Below are positions 1-15,000 of a stretch of DNA of 64,000 nucleotides, piece after piece (within the stretch, counting starts at the first letter, position 1; every line of letters begins with the position of its first letter). Source of the stretch: Eledone cirrhosa (taxonomy: Eukaryota); the NCBI GenBank assembly GCA_964016885.1, contig OZ024740.1, positions 24,738,001-24,802,000 on the forward strand. The letters are read 5' to 3'. The translations under genes and the position numbers were made by a program. The notes below the pieces were generated by a model. The model did not search any database and was not told the DNA's origin. It worked only from the letters and a program-made list of their open reading frames with translations.

Positions 1-3000
1 ACCATCCCTTTCAATGGCATATCATTTCGAACGATTGGTCTTCCATACAACTGACACTGTATATGGAAGACGGTCCTATTCAATGGCATCTCATGTCGAA
101 CCGTTGGTCTTCCATACAACTGACACTCTATATGGAAGACCGTCCCTTTCAATGGCATCACATGTCGAACGGTTGGTCTTTATACAACTGACACTATACA
201 TGAAAGACCGTCCATTTCAATGGCATATCATGTCGAACGCTTTGTCTTCCATATAACGGACACTGTATATGGAAGACCGTCCCTTTCAATGGCATCTCAT
301 GTCGAACGGTTGGTCTTCCTTTCAACTGACACTGTATATGGAAGACCGTCTCTTTCAATGGCATCTCATGTCGAACGGTTGGTCTTCCATTCAACTGACA
401 CTGTATATGGAAGTCCGTTCCTTTCAATGGCATCTCATGTCGAACAGTTGGTCTTCCATTCATCTGACACTGTATAGGGAAGACCGTCCCTTTCAATGGC
501 ATCTCATGTCGAACGGTTGGTCTTCCATACAACTGACACTGTATATGGAAGACCGTCCCTTCCAATGGCATCTCATGTCGAAGGCTTGGTCTTACATACA
601 ACTGACACTGTATATGAAAGCCCATCCCTTTCAATGGCATATCATGTCGAACCGTTGGTCTTCCATACAACTGACACTGTATATGGAACACGGTCACTTT
701 CAATGGCATCTCATGTCGAACCGGTGGTCTTCCATTCATCTGACACTGTATATGGAAGACCGTCTCTTTCAATCGCATCTCATGTCGAACGGTTGCTCTT
801 CCATACAGCTGACACTCTATATGGAAGACCGACCCTTACAATGGCATCTCATGTCGAACGGTTGGTCTTCCATACAACTGACACTGTATATGAAAGCCCA
901 TCCCTTTCAATGGCATATCATGTCGAAGGCTTGGTCTTCCATACAACTGACACTGTATATGAAAGACTATCCCTTTCAATGGCATATCATTTCGAACGAA
1001 TGGTCTTCAAAACAACTGACACTGTATATGGAACACGGTCACTTTCAATGGCATCTCATGTCGAACCGCTGGTCTTCCATACAACTGACACTCTATATGG
1101 AAGACCGTCCCTTTCAATGGCATCTCATGTCGAACGGTTGGTCGTCCATACAACTGAAACTGTATATAGAAGACCGTCTTTCAATGGCATCTCATGTCGA
1201 ACGGTTGGTCTTCCATACAACTGACACTGTACATGGAAGACGGTCCCTTTCAATGGCATCTCATGTCAAACGGTTTGTCTTTCATACAACTGACACTGTA
1301 TATGGAAGACCGTTCCATTCAATGGCATCTCATGTAGAACGGTTGATCTTCCATTAAACTGATACTGTATATGGAAGACCGTCCCTTTCAATGGCATCTC
1401 ATGTCGAACGGTTGGTCTTCCATACAACTGACACTGTATATGGAAGACCGTTCCATTCAATGGCATATCATGTCGAACGGTTGGTCTTCCATACAACTGA
1501 CTCTGTATATGGAAGACCGTCCTTTCAATGGCATCTCATGTCGAACCGTTGGTCTTCCATACAACTGATACTGTATATGTACGACCGTCCCTTTCAAGGG
1601 CATCTCATGTCGAATGGTTGGTCTTCTAGACAACTGACACTGTATATGAAAGACCGTCTCTCTCAATGGCATATCATGTCGAATGTTTGTTATTCCATAC
1701 ATGACACTGTATATGAAAGACCATCCCTTTCAATGGCATATCATTTCGAACGATTGGTCTTCCATACAACTGACACTGTATATTGAAGACGGTCCCTTTC
1801 AATGGCATCTCATGTCGAACCGTTGGTCTTCCATACAACTGACACTCTATATGGAAGACCGTCCATTTCAATGGCATATCATTTCGAACGTTTAGTCGTC
1901 CATACAACTGACACTGTATATGAAAGACTGTCCTTTCAATGGCATCACATGTCGAACGGTTGGTCTTTATACAACTGACACTATATATGAAAGACCGTCC
2001 ATTTCAATGGCATATCATGTCGAACGGTTCGTCTTCCATACAACGGACACTGTATATGGAAGACCGTCCCTTTCAATGGCATCTCATGTCGAACGGTTGG
2101 ACTTCCATTCAACTGACACTGTATATGGAAGACCGTCTCTTTCAATGGCATCTCATGTCGAACGGTTGGTCTTCCATACAACTGACACTGTATATGGAAC
2201 ACGGTCATTTTCAATGGCATCTCATGTCGAACCGTTGGTCTTCCATAAAACTGACACTCTATATGGAAGACCGTCCCTTTCAAGGGCATCTCATGTCAAA
2301 CGGTTCGTCTTTCATACAACTGACACTGTATATGGAAGACCGTTCCATTCAATGGCATCTCATGTCGAACGGTTGGTCTTCCGTTCAACTGATACTATAT
2401 ATGGAAGACCGTCCCTTACAATGGCATCTCATGTCGAACGGTTGGTCTTCCATACAACTGACACTGTATATGGAAGACCGTTCCATTCAATGGCATCTCA
2501 TGTCGAACGGTTGGTCTTCCATACAACTGACACTGTATATGGAAGACCGTCCCTTTCCATGGCATCTCATGTCGAAGTCTTGGTCTTCCATACAACTGAT
2601 TCTGTATATGAAAGCCCATCCCTTTCAATGGCATATCATGTCGAACCGTTGGTCTTCCATACAACTGACACTGTATATGAAAAACCATCCCTTCAATAGC
2701 ATATCATTTCGAACGGTTGGGCTTCCATACAACTGACACTGTATATGGAAGACCGTCCCTTTCAATGGCATCTCATGTCGAACTGTTGTTCTTCCATACA
2801 ATTCACACTGTATATGGAAGAACGTCCCTTTCAATATCATCTCATGTCGAACGGTTGGTCTTCCATACAACTGACACTGTATATGGAAGACGCTCCCTTT
2901 CAATGGCATCTCATGTCGAACGGTTGGTCTTCCATACAACTGACACTCTATATGGAAGACCGTCCATTTCAATGTCATCTCATATCGAACGGTTGGTCTT

Positions 3001-6000
3001 CCATACAACTGACACTGTATATGGAAGAAAGTCCTTTTCAATGGCATCTCATGTCGAATGGTTGGTCTTCCATACAACTGACACTGTATATGGAAGACCG
3101 TTCCATTCAGTGGTATCTCATGTCGAACGGTTGGTCTTCCATACAACTGACTCTGTATATGGAAGACCGTCCCTTTCAATGGCATCTCATGTCGAACCGT
3201 TGGTCTTCCATACAACTGATACTGTAAATGGAAGACCGTCCCTTTCAAGGGCTTCTCATGTCGAATGGTTGGTCTTCCAGAGAACTGACACGGTATATGA
3301 AAAACCGTCTCTTTCAATGGCATCTCATGTAGAACGGTTAGTCTTCCATACAACTGACACTGTATATGGAAGGCCGTCCCTTTCAATGGCATCTCATGTC
3401 GAACGTTTGTTATTCCATACAACTGAAACTGTATATGAAAGACCAGCCCTTTCAATGGCATATGATTTCGAACGATTGGTCTTCCATACAACTGACACTC
3501 TATATGGAAGACCGTCCCTTTCAATGGTATCTCATGTCGAACGGTTGGTCTTCCATACAACTGACACTGTATATAGAAGACCGTTCCTTTCAATGGCATC
3601 TCATGTCGAACGGTTGGTCTTCCATACAACTGACACTGTATATGGAAGACGGTCCCTTTCAATGGCATCTCATGTCAAACGGTTCGTCTTTCATACAACT
3701 GACACTGTATATGGAAGACCGTTCCATTCAATGGCATCTCATGTCGAACGGTTGGTCTTCCGTTCAACTGACACTGTATATGGAAGGCCATTCCTTTCAA
3801 TGGCATCTCATTTTAGAACAGTTGGTCTTCCATTCATCTGACACTGTATATGGAAGACCGTCACTTTCAATCGCATCTCATGTCGAACGGTTGCTCTTCC
3901 ATACAACTGACACTCTATATGGAAGACCGTCCAATTCAATGGCATCTCATGTCGAACGGTTAGTCTTCCTTACAACTGACACTGTATATGGAAGAACGCC
4001 CCATTCAATGGCATCTCATGTCGAACGGTTGGACTTCCATACAACTGACACTGTATATGGAAGACGGTCCCTTTCAATGGCATATCATGTCGAACCGTTG
4101 GTCTTCCATACGACGGACACTCTATATGGAAGACCGTCCCTTTCAATGTCATCTCATATCGAACGGTTGGTCTTCCATACAACTGACACTGTATATGGAA
4201 GAAAGTCCCTTTCAATGGCATCTCATGTCGAATGGTTGGTTTTCCATACAACTGACACTGTATATGGAAGACCGTTCCATTCAATGAAATTTCATGTCGA
4301 ACGGTTGGTCTTCCATACAACTGACTCTGTATATGGAAGACCTTCCCTTTCAATGGCATCTCATGTCGAACCGTTGGTCTTCCATACAACCGATACTGTA
4401 TATGGAAGACAGTCCCTTTCAAGGCCTTCTCATGTAGAATGTTTGGTCTTCCAGACAACTGACTCGGTATATGAAATACCGTCTCTTTCAATGGCATCTC
4501 ATGTAGAACGGTTGGTCTTCCATACAACTGACACTGTATATGGAAGGCCGTCCCTTTCATTGGCATCTCATGTCGAACGTTTGTTATTCCATACAACTGA
4601 CATTGTATATGAAAGACCATCCCTTTCAATGGCATATCATTTCGAACGATTGGTCTTCCATACAACTGACACGGTATATTGAAGAATGTCCCTTTCAATG
4701 GCATCTCATGTCGAACATTTGGTCTTCCATACAACTGACACTGTATATGGAAGACCGTCCCTTCAATGGCATCTCATGTCGAAGGCTTGGTCTTACATAC
4801 AACTGACTCTGTATATGAAAGCCCATCCCTTTCAATGGCATATCATGTCGAACCGTTGGTCTTCCATACAACTGACACTCTATATGGAACACGGTCACTT
4901 TCAATGGCATCTCATGTCGAACCGGTGGTCTTCCATTCATCTGACACTGTATATGGAAGACCGTCCCTTTCAATCGCATCTCATGTCGAACGGTTGCTCT
5001 TCCATACAGCTGACACTCTATATGGAAGACCGACCCTTACAATGGCATCTCATGTCGAACGGTTGGTCTTCCATACAACTGCCACTGTATATGAAAGCCC
5101 ATCCCTTTCAATGGCATATCATGTCGAAGGCTTGGTCTTCCATACAACAGACACTGTATATGAAAGACTATCCCTTTCAATGGCATATCATTTCGAACGA
5201 TTGGTCTTCCATACAACTGACACTGTATATGAAACACGGTCACTTTCAATGGCATCTCATGTCGAACCACTCGTCTTCCATACAACTGACACTCTATATG
5301 GAAGACCGTCCCTTTCAATGGCATCTCATGTCGAACGGTGGGTCTTCCATACAACTGAAACTGTATATAGAAGACCGTTCTTTCAATGGCATCTCATGTC
5401 GAACGGTTGGTCTTCCATACAACTGACACTGTACATGGAAGACGGTCCCTTTCAATGGCATCTCATGTCAAACGGTTTGTCTTTCATACAACTGACACTG
5501 TATATGGAAGACCGTTCCATTCAATGGCATCTCATGTAGAACGGTTGATCTTCCATTAAACTGATACTGTATATGGAAGACCGTCCCTTTCAATGGCATC
5601 TCATGTCGAACGGTTGGTCTTCCATACAACTGACACTGTATATGGAAGACCGTTCCATTCAATGGCATCTCATGTCGAACGGTTGGTCTTCCATACAACT
5701 GACTCTGTATATGGAAGACCGTCCTTTCAATGGCATCTCATGTCGAACAGTTGGTCTTCCATACAACTGATACTGTATATGGACGACCGTCCCTTTCAAG
5801 GGCATCTCATGTCGAATGGTTGGTCTTCTAGACAACTGACACTGTATATGAAAGACCGTCTCTCTCAATGGCATATCATGTCGAATGTTTGTTATTCCAT
5901 ACATGACACTGTATATGAAAGACCATCCCTTTCAATGGCATATCATTTCGAACGATTGGTCTTCTATACAACTGACACTGTATATTGAAGACGGTCCCTT

Positions 6001-9000
6001 TCAATGGCATCTCATGTCGAACCGTTGGTCTTCCATACAACTGACACTCTATATGGAAGACCGTCCATTTCAATGGCATATCATGTCGAACGTTTAGTCG
6101 TCCATACAACTGACACTGTATATGAAAGACTGTCCTTTCAATGGCATCACATGTCGAACGGTTGGTCTTTATACAACTGACACTATATATGAAAGACCGT
6201 CCATTTCAATGGCATATCATGTCGAACGGTTCGTCTTCCATACAACGGACACTGTATATGGAAGACCGTCCCTTTCAATGGCATCTCATGTCGAACGGTT
6301 GGACTTCCATTCAACTGACACTGTATATGGAAGACCGTCTATTTCAGTGGCATCTCATGTCGAACGGTTGGTCTTCCATACAACTGACACTGTATATGGA
6401 ACACGGTCACTTTCAATGGCATCTCATGTCGAACCGTTGGTCTTCCATACAACTGACACTCTATATGGAAGACCGTCCGTTTCAAGGGCATCTCATGTCG
6501 AACGGTTGGTCTTCCATACAACTGAAACTGTATATAGAAGACCGTTCCTTTCAATGGCATCTCATGTCGAACGGTTGGTCTTCCATACAACTGACACTGT
6601 ATATGGAAGACGGTCCCTTTCAATGGCATCTCATGTCAAACGGTTCGTCTTTCATACAACTGACACTGTATATGGAAGACCGTTCCATTCAATGGCATCT
6701 CATGTCGAACGGTTGGTCTTCCATTCAACTGATACTATATATGGAAGACCGTCCGTTTCAATGGCATCTCATGTCGAACGGTTGGTCTTCCATACAACTG
6801 ACACTGTATATGGAAGACCGTTCCATTCAATGGCATCTCATGTCGAACGGTTGGTCTTCCATACAACTGACACTGTATATGGAAGACCGTCCATTTCCAT
6901 GGCATCTCATGTCGAAGTCTTGGTCTTCCATACAACTGATTCTGTATATGAAAGCCCATCCCTTTCAATGGCATATCATGTCGAACCGTTGGTCTTCCAT
7001 ACAACTGACACTGTATATGAAAGACCATCCCTTTCAATTGCATATCATGTCGAACGGTTGGTCTTCCATACAACTGACACTGTATATGAAATACCGTCCT
7101 TTCAATGGCATCTCATGTCGAACATTTGGTATTCCATACAACTGACACTGTATATGAAAAACCATCCCTTTCAATGGCATATCATTTCGAAAGGTTGGGC
7201 TTCCATACAACTGACACTGTATATGGAAGACCGTCCCTTTCAATGGCATCTCATGTCGAACTGTTGTTCTTCCATACAATTCACACTGTATATGGAAGAA
7301 CGTCCCTTTCAATGGCACATCATGTCGAACGTTTGGGCTTCCATACAACTGACACTATATATGGAAGACCGTCCCTTTCAATGGCATCTCATGTCGAACG
7401 GTTGGTCTTCCATACAACTGACACTCTATGTGGAAGACCGTGCCTTTCAATATCATCTCATGTCGAACGGTTGGTCTTCCATACAACTGACACTGTATAT
7501 GGAAGACGCTCCCTTTCAATGGCATGTCATGTCGAACGGTTGGTCTTCCATACAACTGACACTCTATATGGAAGACCGTCCATTACAATGTCATCTCATA
7601 TCGAACGGTTGGTCTTCCATACAACTGACACTGTATATGGAAGAAAGTCCCTTTCAATGGCATCTCATGTCGAATGGTTGGTCTTCCAGACAACTGACAC
7701 TGTATATGGAAGACCGTTCCATTCAGTGGTATCTCATGTCGAAGGGTTGGTCTTCCATACAACTGATACTGTAAATGGAAGACCGTCCCTTTCAAGGGCT
7801 TCTCATGTCGAATGGTTGGTCTTCCAGAGAACTGACACGGTATATGAAAAACCGTCTCTTTCAATGGCATCTCATGTAGAACGGTTGGTCTTCCATACAA
7901 CTGACACTGTATATGGAAGGCCGTCCCTTTCAATGGCATCTCATGTCGAACGGTTGGTCTTCCATACAACTGACACTGTATATGGAAGACCGTCCCTTTC
8001 AATGGCATCTCATGTCGAACTGTTGTTCTTCCATACAATTCACGCTGTATATGGAAGAACGTCCCTTTCAATGGTCTTCCATACAACTGACACTGTATAT
8101 GGAAGAACGTCGCTTTCAATGGCACATCATGTCGAACGTTTTGGCTTCCATACAACTGACACTCTATATGGAAGGCCGTCCCTTTCAATGGCATCTCATG
8201 TCGAACGGTTGGTCTTCCATACAACTGACACTCTATATGGAAGACCGTCCCTTTCAATGTCATCTCATGTCGAACGGTTGCTCTTCCATACAACTAACAC
8301 TGTATATGGAAGACGGTCCCTTTCAATGGCATCTCATGTCGAACGGTTGGTCTTCCATTCAACTGATACCGTATATGGAAGACCGTCCCTTTCAATGGCA
8401 TCTCATGTCGAACGGTTGGTCTTCCATTCATCTGACACTGTATATGGAAGACCGTCCCTTTCAATCGCATCTCATGTCGAACGGTTGGTCTTCCATACAA
8501 CTGACACTCTATATGGAAGACCGTCAAATTCAATGGCATCTCATGTCGAACGGTTAGTCTTCCTTACAACTGACACTGTATATGGAAGAACGCCCCATTC
8601 AATGTCATCTCATGTCGAACGGTTGGCCTTCCATTCAACTGACACTGTATATCGAAGGCCGTTTCTTTCAATGGCATCTCATATCGAACATTTGGTCTTC
8701 CATTCAACTGACACTGTATATGGAAGACCATCCCTTTCAATCGCATATCATGTCGAACGGTTGGTCTTCCATACAACTGATACTGTATATGAAAGACCGT
8801 ACCTTTCAATGGCATCTCATGTCGAACGGTTGGTCTTCCATACAACTGACACTGTATATGGAAGACCGTCCCTTTCAAGGGCATCTCATGTCGAATGGTT
8901 GGCCTTCCAGACAACTGACACTGTATATGGAAGACCGTCCCTTTCAATGGCATCTCATGTCGAACGTTTGTCATTACATACAACTGACACTGTATATGAA

Positions 9001-12000
9001 AAACCATCCCTTTCAATGGCATATCATTTCTAACGATTGGTCTTCCATACAACTGACACTGTATATGAAAGACAGTCCCTTTCAATGGCATCTCATGTCG
9101 AACGATTGGTCTTCCATACAACTGACACTGTATATGAAAGACCATCCATTTCAATCGCATATCATGTCGAACGGTTGGTCTTCCATACAACTGACACTGT
9201 ATATGGAAGACCGTCCCTTTCAATGACATCTCATGTCGAACGGTTAGTCTTCCATTCAACTGACACTGTATATGGAAGACCGTCCCTTTCAATGGCATCT
9301 CATGTCGAACGGTTGGTCTTCCATTCAACTGACACTCTATATGGAAGGCCGTTCCTTTCAATGGCATCTCATGTCGAACAGTTGGTCTTCCATTCAACTG
9401 ACACTGTATATGGAAGACCGTCCCTTTCAATGGCATCTCATGTCGAACGGTTGGTCTTCCATACAACTGACACTCTATATGGAAGGCCGTTCCTTTCAAT
9501 GGCATCTCATGTCGAACAGTTGGTCTTCCATTCAACTGACACTGTATATGGAAGACCGTCCCTTTCAATGGCATCTCATGTCGAACGGTTGGTCTTCCAT
9601 ACAACTGACACTCTATATGGAAGGCCGTTCCTTTCAATGGCATCTCATGTCGAACGGTTAGTCTTCCATTCAACTGACACTGTATATGGAAGACCGTCCC
9701 TTTCAATGGCATCTCATGTCGAACGGTTGGTCTTCCATTCAACTGACACTGTATATGGAAGACCGTCCCTTTCAATGGCATCTCATGTCGAACGGTTGGT
9801 CTTCCATTCAACTGACACTCTATATGAAAGCCCGTCCCTTTGAATCGCATCTCATGTCGAACGGTTGGTCTTCCATACAACTGACACTCTATATGGAAGA
9901 CCGACCCTTACAATGGCATCTCATGTCGAACGGTTGGTCTTCCATACAACTGCCACTGTATATGAAAGCCCATCCCTTTCAATGGCATATCATGTCGAAG
10001 GCTTGGTCTTCCATACAACAGACACTGTATATGAAAGACTATCCCTTTCAATGGCATATCATTTCGAACGATTGGTCTTCCATACAACTGACACTGTATA
10101 TGAAACACGGTCACTTTCAATGGCATCTCATGTCGAACCACTCGTCTTCCATACAACTGACACTCTATATGGAAGACCGTCCCTTTCAATGGCATCTCAT
10201 GTCGAACGGTGGGTCTTCCATACAACTGAAACTGTATATAGAAGACCGTTCTTTCAATGGCATCTCATGTCGAACGGTTGGTCTTCCATACAACTGACAC
10301 TGTACATGGAAGACGGTCCCTTTCAATGGCATCTCATGTCAAACGGTTTGTCTTTCATACAACTGACACTGTATATGGAAGACCGTTCCATTCAATGGCA
10401 TCTCATGTAGAACGGTTGATCTTCCATTAAACTGATACTGTATATGGAAGACCGTCCCTTTCAATGGCATCTCATGTCGAACGGTTGGTCTTCCATACAA
10501 CTGACACTGTATATGGAAGACCGTTCCATTAAATGGCATCTCATGTCGAACGGTTGGTCTTCCATACAACTGACTCTGTATATGGAAGACCGTCCTTTCA
10601 ATGGCATCTCATGTCGAACCGTTGGTCTTCCATACAACTGATACTGTATATGGACGACCGTCCCTTTCAAGGGCATCTCATGTCGAATGGTTGGTCTTCT
10701 AGACAACTGACACTGTATATGAAAGACCGTCTCTCTCAATGGCATATCATGTCGAATGTTTGTTATTCCATACATGACACTGTATATGAAAGACCATCCC
10801 TTTCAATGGCATATCATTTCGAACGATTGGTCTTCTATACAACTGACACTGTATATTGAAGACGGTCCCTTTCAATGGCATCTCATGTCGAACCGTTGGT
10901 CTTCCATACAACTGACACTCTATATGGAAGACCGTCCATTTCAATGGCATATCATGTCGAACGTTTAGTCGTCCATACAACTGACACTGTATATGAAAGA
11001 CTGTCCTTTCAATGGCATCACATGTCGAACGGTTGGTCTTTATACAACTGACACTATATATGAAAGACCGTCCATTTCAATGGCATATCATGTCGAACGG
11101 TTCGTCTTCCATACAACGGACACTGTATATGGAAGACCGTCCCTTTCAATGGCATCTCATGTCGAACGGTTGGACTTCCATTCAACTGACACTGTATATG
11201 GAAGACCATCTATTTCAGTGGCATCTCATGTCGAACGGTTGGTCTTCCATACAACTGACACTGTATATGGAACACGGTCACTTTCAATGGCATCTCATGT
11301 CGAACCGTTGGTCTTCCATACAACTGACACTCTATATGGAAGACCGTCCGTTTCAAGGGCATCTCATGTCGAACGGTTGGTCTTCCATACAACTGAAACT
11401 GTATATAGAAGACCGTTCCTTTCAATGGCATCTCATGTCGAACGGTTGGTCTTCCATACAACTGACACTGTATATGGAAGACGGTCCCTTTCAATGGCAT
11501 CTCATGTCAAACGGTTCGTCTTTCATACAACTGACACTGTATATGGAAGACCGTTCCATTCAATGGCATCTAATGTCGAACGGTTGGTCTTCCATTCAAC
11601 TGATACTATATATGGAAGACCGTCCGTTTCAATGGCATCTCATGTCGAACGGTTGGTCTTCCATACAACTGACACTGTATATGGAAGACCGTTCCATTCA
11701 ATGGCATCTCATGTCGAACGGTTGGTCTTCCATACAACTGACACTGTATATGGAAGACCGTCCATTTCCATGGCATCTCATGTCGAAGTCTTGGTCTTCC
11801 ATACAACTGATTCTGTATATGAAAGCCCATCCCTTTCAATGGCATATCATGTCGAACCGTTGGTCTTCCATACAACTGACACTGTATATGAAAGACCATC
11901 CCTTTCAACTGCATATCATGTCGAACGGTTGGTCTTCCATACAACTGACACTGTATATGAAATACCGTCCTTTCAATGGCATCTCATGTCGAACATTTGG

Positions 12001-15000
12001 TATTCCATACAACTGACACTGTATATGAAAAACCATCCCTTTCAATGGCATATCATTTCGAAAGGTTGGGCTTCCATACAACTGACACTGTATATGGAAG
12101 ACCGTCCCTTTCAATGGCATCTCATGTCGAACTGTTGTTCTTCCATACAATTCACACTGTATATGGAAGAACGTCCCTTTCAATGGCACATCATGTCGAA
12201 CGTTTGGGCTTCCATACAACTGACACTATATATGGAAGACCGTCCCTTTCAATGGCATCTCATGTCGAACGGTTGGTCTTCCATACAACTGACACTCTAT
12301 GTGGAAGACCGTGCCTTTCAATATCATCTCATGTCGAACGGTTGGTCTTCCATACAACTGACACTGTATATGGAAGACGCTCCCTTTCAATGGCATGTCA
12401 TGTCGAACGGTTGGTCTTCCATACAACTGACACTCTATATGGAAGACCGTCCATTACAATGTCATCTCATATCGAACGGTTGGTCTTCCATACAACTGAC
12501 ACTGTATATGGAAGAAAGTCCCTTTCAATGGCATCTCATGTCGAATGGTTGGTCTTCCAGACAACTGACACTGTATATGGAAGACCGTTCCATTCAGTGG
12601 TATCTCATGTCGAAAGGTTGGTCTTCCATACAACTGATACTGTAAATGGAATACCGTCCCTTTCAAGGGCTTCTCATGTCGAATGGTTGGTCTTCCAGAG
12701 AACTGACACGGTATATGAAAAACCGTCTCTTTCAATGGCATCTCATGTAGAACGGTTGGTCTTCCATACAACTGACACTGTATATGGAAGGCCGTCCCTT
12801 TCAATGGCATCTCATGTCGAACGGTTGGTCTTCCATACAACTGACACTGTATATGGAAGACCGTCCCTTTCAATGGCATCTCATGTCGAACTGTTGTTCT
12901 TCCATACAATTCACGCTGTATATGGAAGAACGTCCCTTTCAATGGCATCTCATGTCGAACGGTTGGTCTTCCATTCAACTGATACTGTATATGGAAGACC
13001 GTCCCTTTCAATGGCACATCATGTCGAACGTTTTGGCTTCCATACAACTGACACTCTATATGGAAGGCCGTCCCTTTCAATGGCATCTCATGTCGAACGG
13101 TTGGTCTTCCATACAACTGACACTCTATATGGAAGACCGTCCCTTTCAATGTCATCTCATGTCGAACGGTTGGTCTTCCATACAACTAACACTGTATATG
13201 GAAGACGGTCCCTTTCAATGGCATCTCATGTCGAACGGTTGGTCTTCCATTCAACTGATACTGTATATGGAAGACCGTCCCTTTCAATGGCATCTCATGT
13301 CGAACGGTTGGTCTTCCATTCATCTGACACTGTATATGGAAGACCGTCCCTTTCAATCGCATCTCATGTCGAACGGTTGGTCTTCCATACAACTGACACT
13401 CTATATGGAAGACCGTCAAATTCAATGGCATCTCATGTCGAACGGTTAGTCTTCCTTACAACTGACACTGTATATGGAAGAACGCCCCATTCAATGTCAT
13501 CTCATGTCGAACGGTTGGCCTTCCATTCAACTGACACTGTATATCGAAGGCCGTTTCTTTCAATGGCATCTCATATCGAACATTTGGTCTTCCATTCAAC
13601 TGACACTGTATATGGAAGACCATCCCTTTCAATCGCATATCATGTCGAACGGTTGGTCTTCCATACAACTGATACTGTATATGAAAGACCGTACCTTTCA
13701 ATGGCATCTCATGTCGAACGGTTGGTCTTCCATACAACTGACACTGTATATGGAAGACCGTCCCTTTCAAGGGCATCTCATGTCGAATGGTTGGCCTTCC
13801 AGACAACTGACACTGTATATGGAAGACCGTCCCTTTCAATGGCATCTCATGTCGAACGTTTGTCATTACATACAACTGACACTGTATATGAAAAACCATC
13901 CCTTTCAATGGCATATCATTTCTAACGATTGGTCTTCCATACAACTGACACTGTATATGAAAGACAGTCCCTTTCAATGGCATCTCATGTCGAACGATTG
14001 GTCTTCCATACAACTGACACTGTATATGAAAGACCATCCATTTCAATCGCATATCATGTCGAACGGTTGGTCTTCCATACAACTGACACTGTATATGGAA
14101 GACCGTCCCTTTCAATGGCATCTCATGTCGAACGGTTGGTCTTCCATTCAACTGACACTGCATATGGAAGGCCGTTCCTTTCAATGGCATCTCATGTCGA
14201 ACGGTTGGTCTTCCATACAACTGACACTCTATATGGAAGGCCGTTCCTTTCAATGGCATCTCATGTCGAACAGTTGGTCTTCCATTCAACTGACACTGTA
14301 TATGGAAGACCGTCCCTTTCAATGGCATCTCATGTCGAACGGTTGGTCTTCCATTCAACTGACACTGTATATGAAAGTCCGTCCCTTTGAATCGCATCTC
14401 ATGTCGAACGGTTGGTCTTCCATACAACTGACACTCTATATGGAAGGCCGTTCCTTTCAATGGCATCTCATGTCGAACAGTTGGTCTTCCATTCAACTGA
14501 CACTGTATATGGAAGACCGTCCCTTTGAATCGCATCTCATGTCGAAAGGTTGCTCTTCAATACAACTGACACTCTATATGGAAGACCGTCCAATTCAATG
14601 GCATATAATGTCGAATGGTTGGTCTTTCATACAACTGACTCTGAATATGAAAGACCGTCCCTTTCAATGTCATCTCATGTCGAAGTTTTGGTCTTCCATA
14701 CAACTGACACTGTATATGAAAGACCATCCCTTTCAATGGCATATCATGTCGAACGGTTATCTTCTATACAACTGACACTGTATATGGAAGACGGTCCCTT
14801 TCAATGGCATCACATGTCGAACCGTTGGTCTTCCATACAACTGACACTCTATATGGAAGACCGTCCCTTTCAATGTCATCTCATGTCGAACGTTTGGTCT
14901 TCGATACAACAGACACTGTATATGGAAGACAGTTCCTTTCAATGGCATCTCATGTCAAACGGTTGTTCTTTCATACAACTGACAATGTATATGGAAGACC

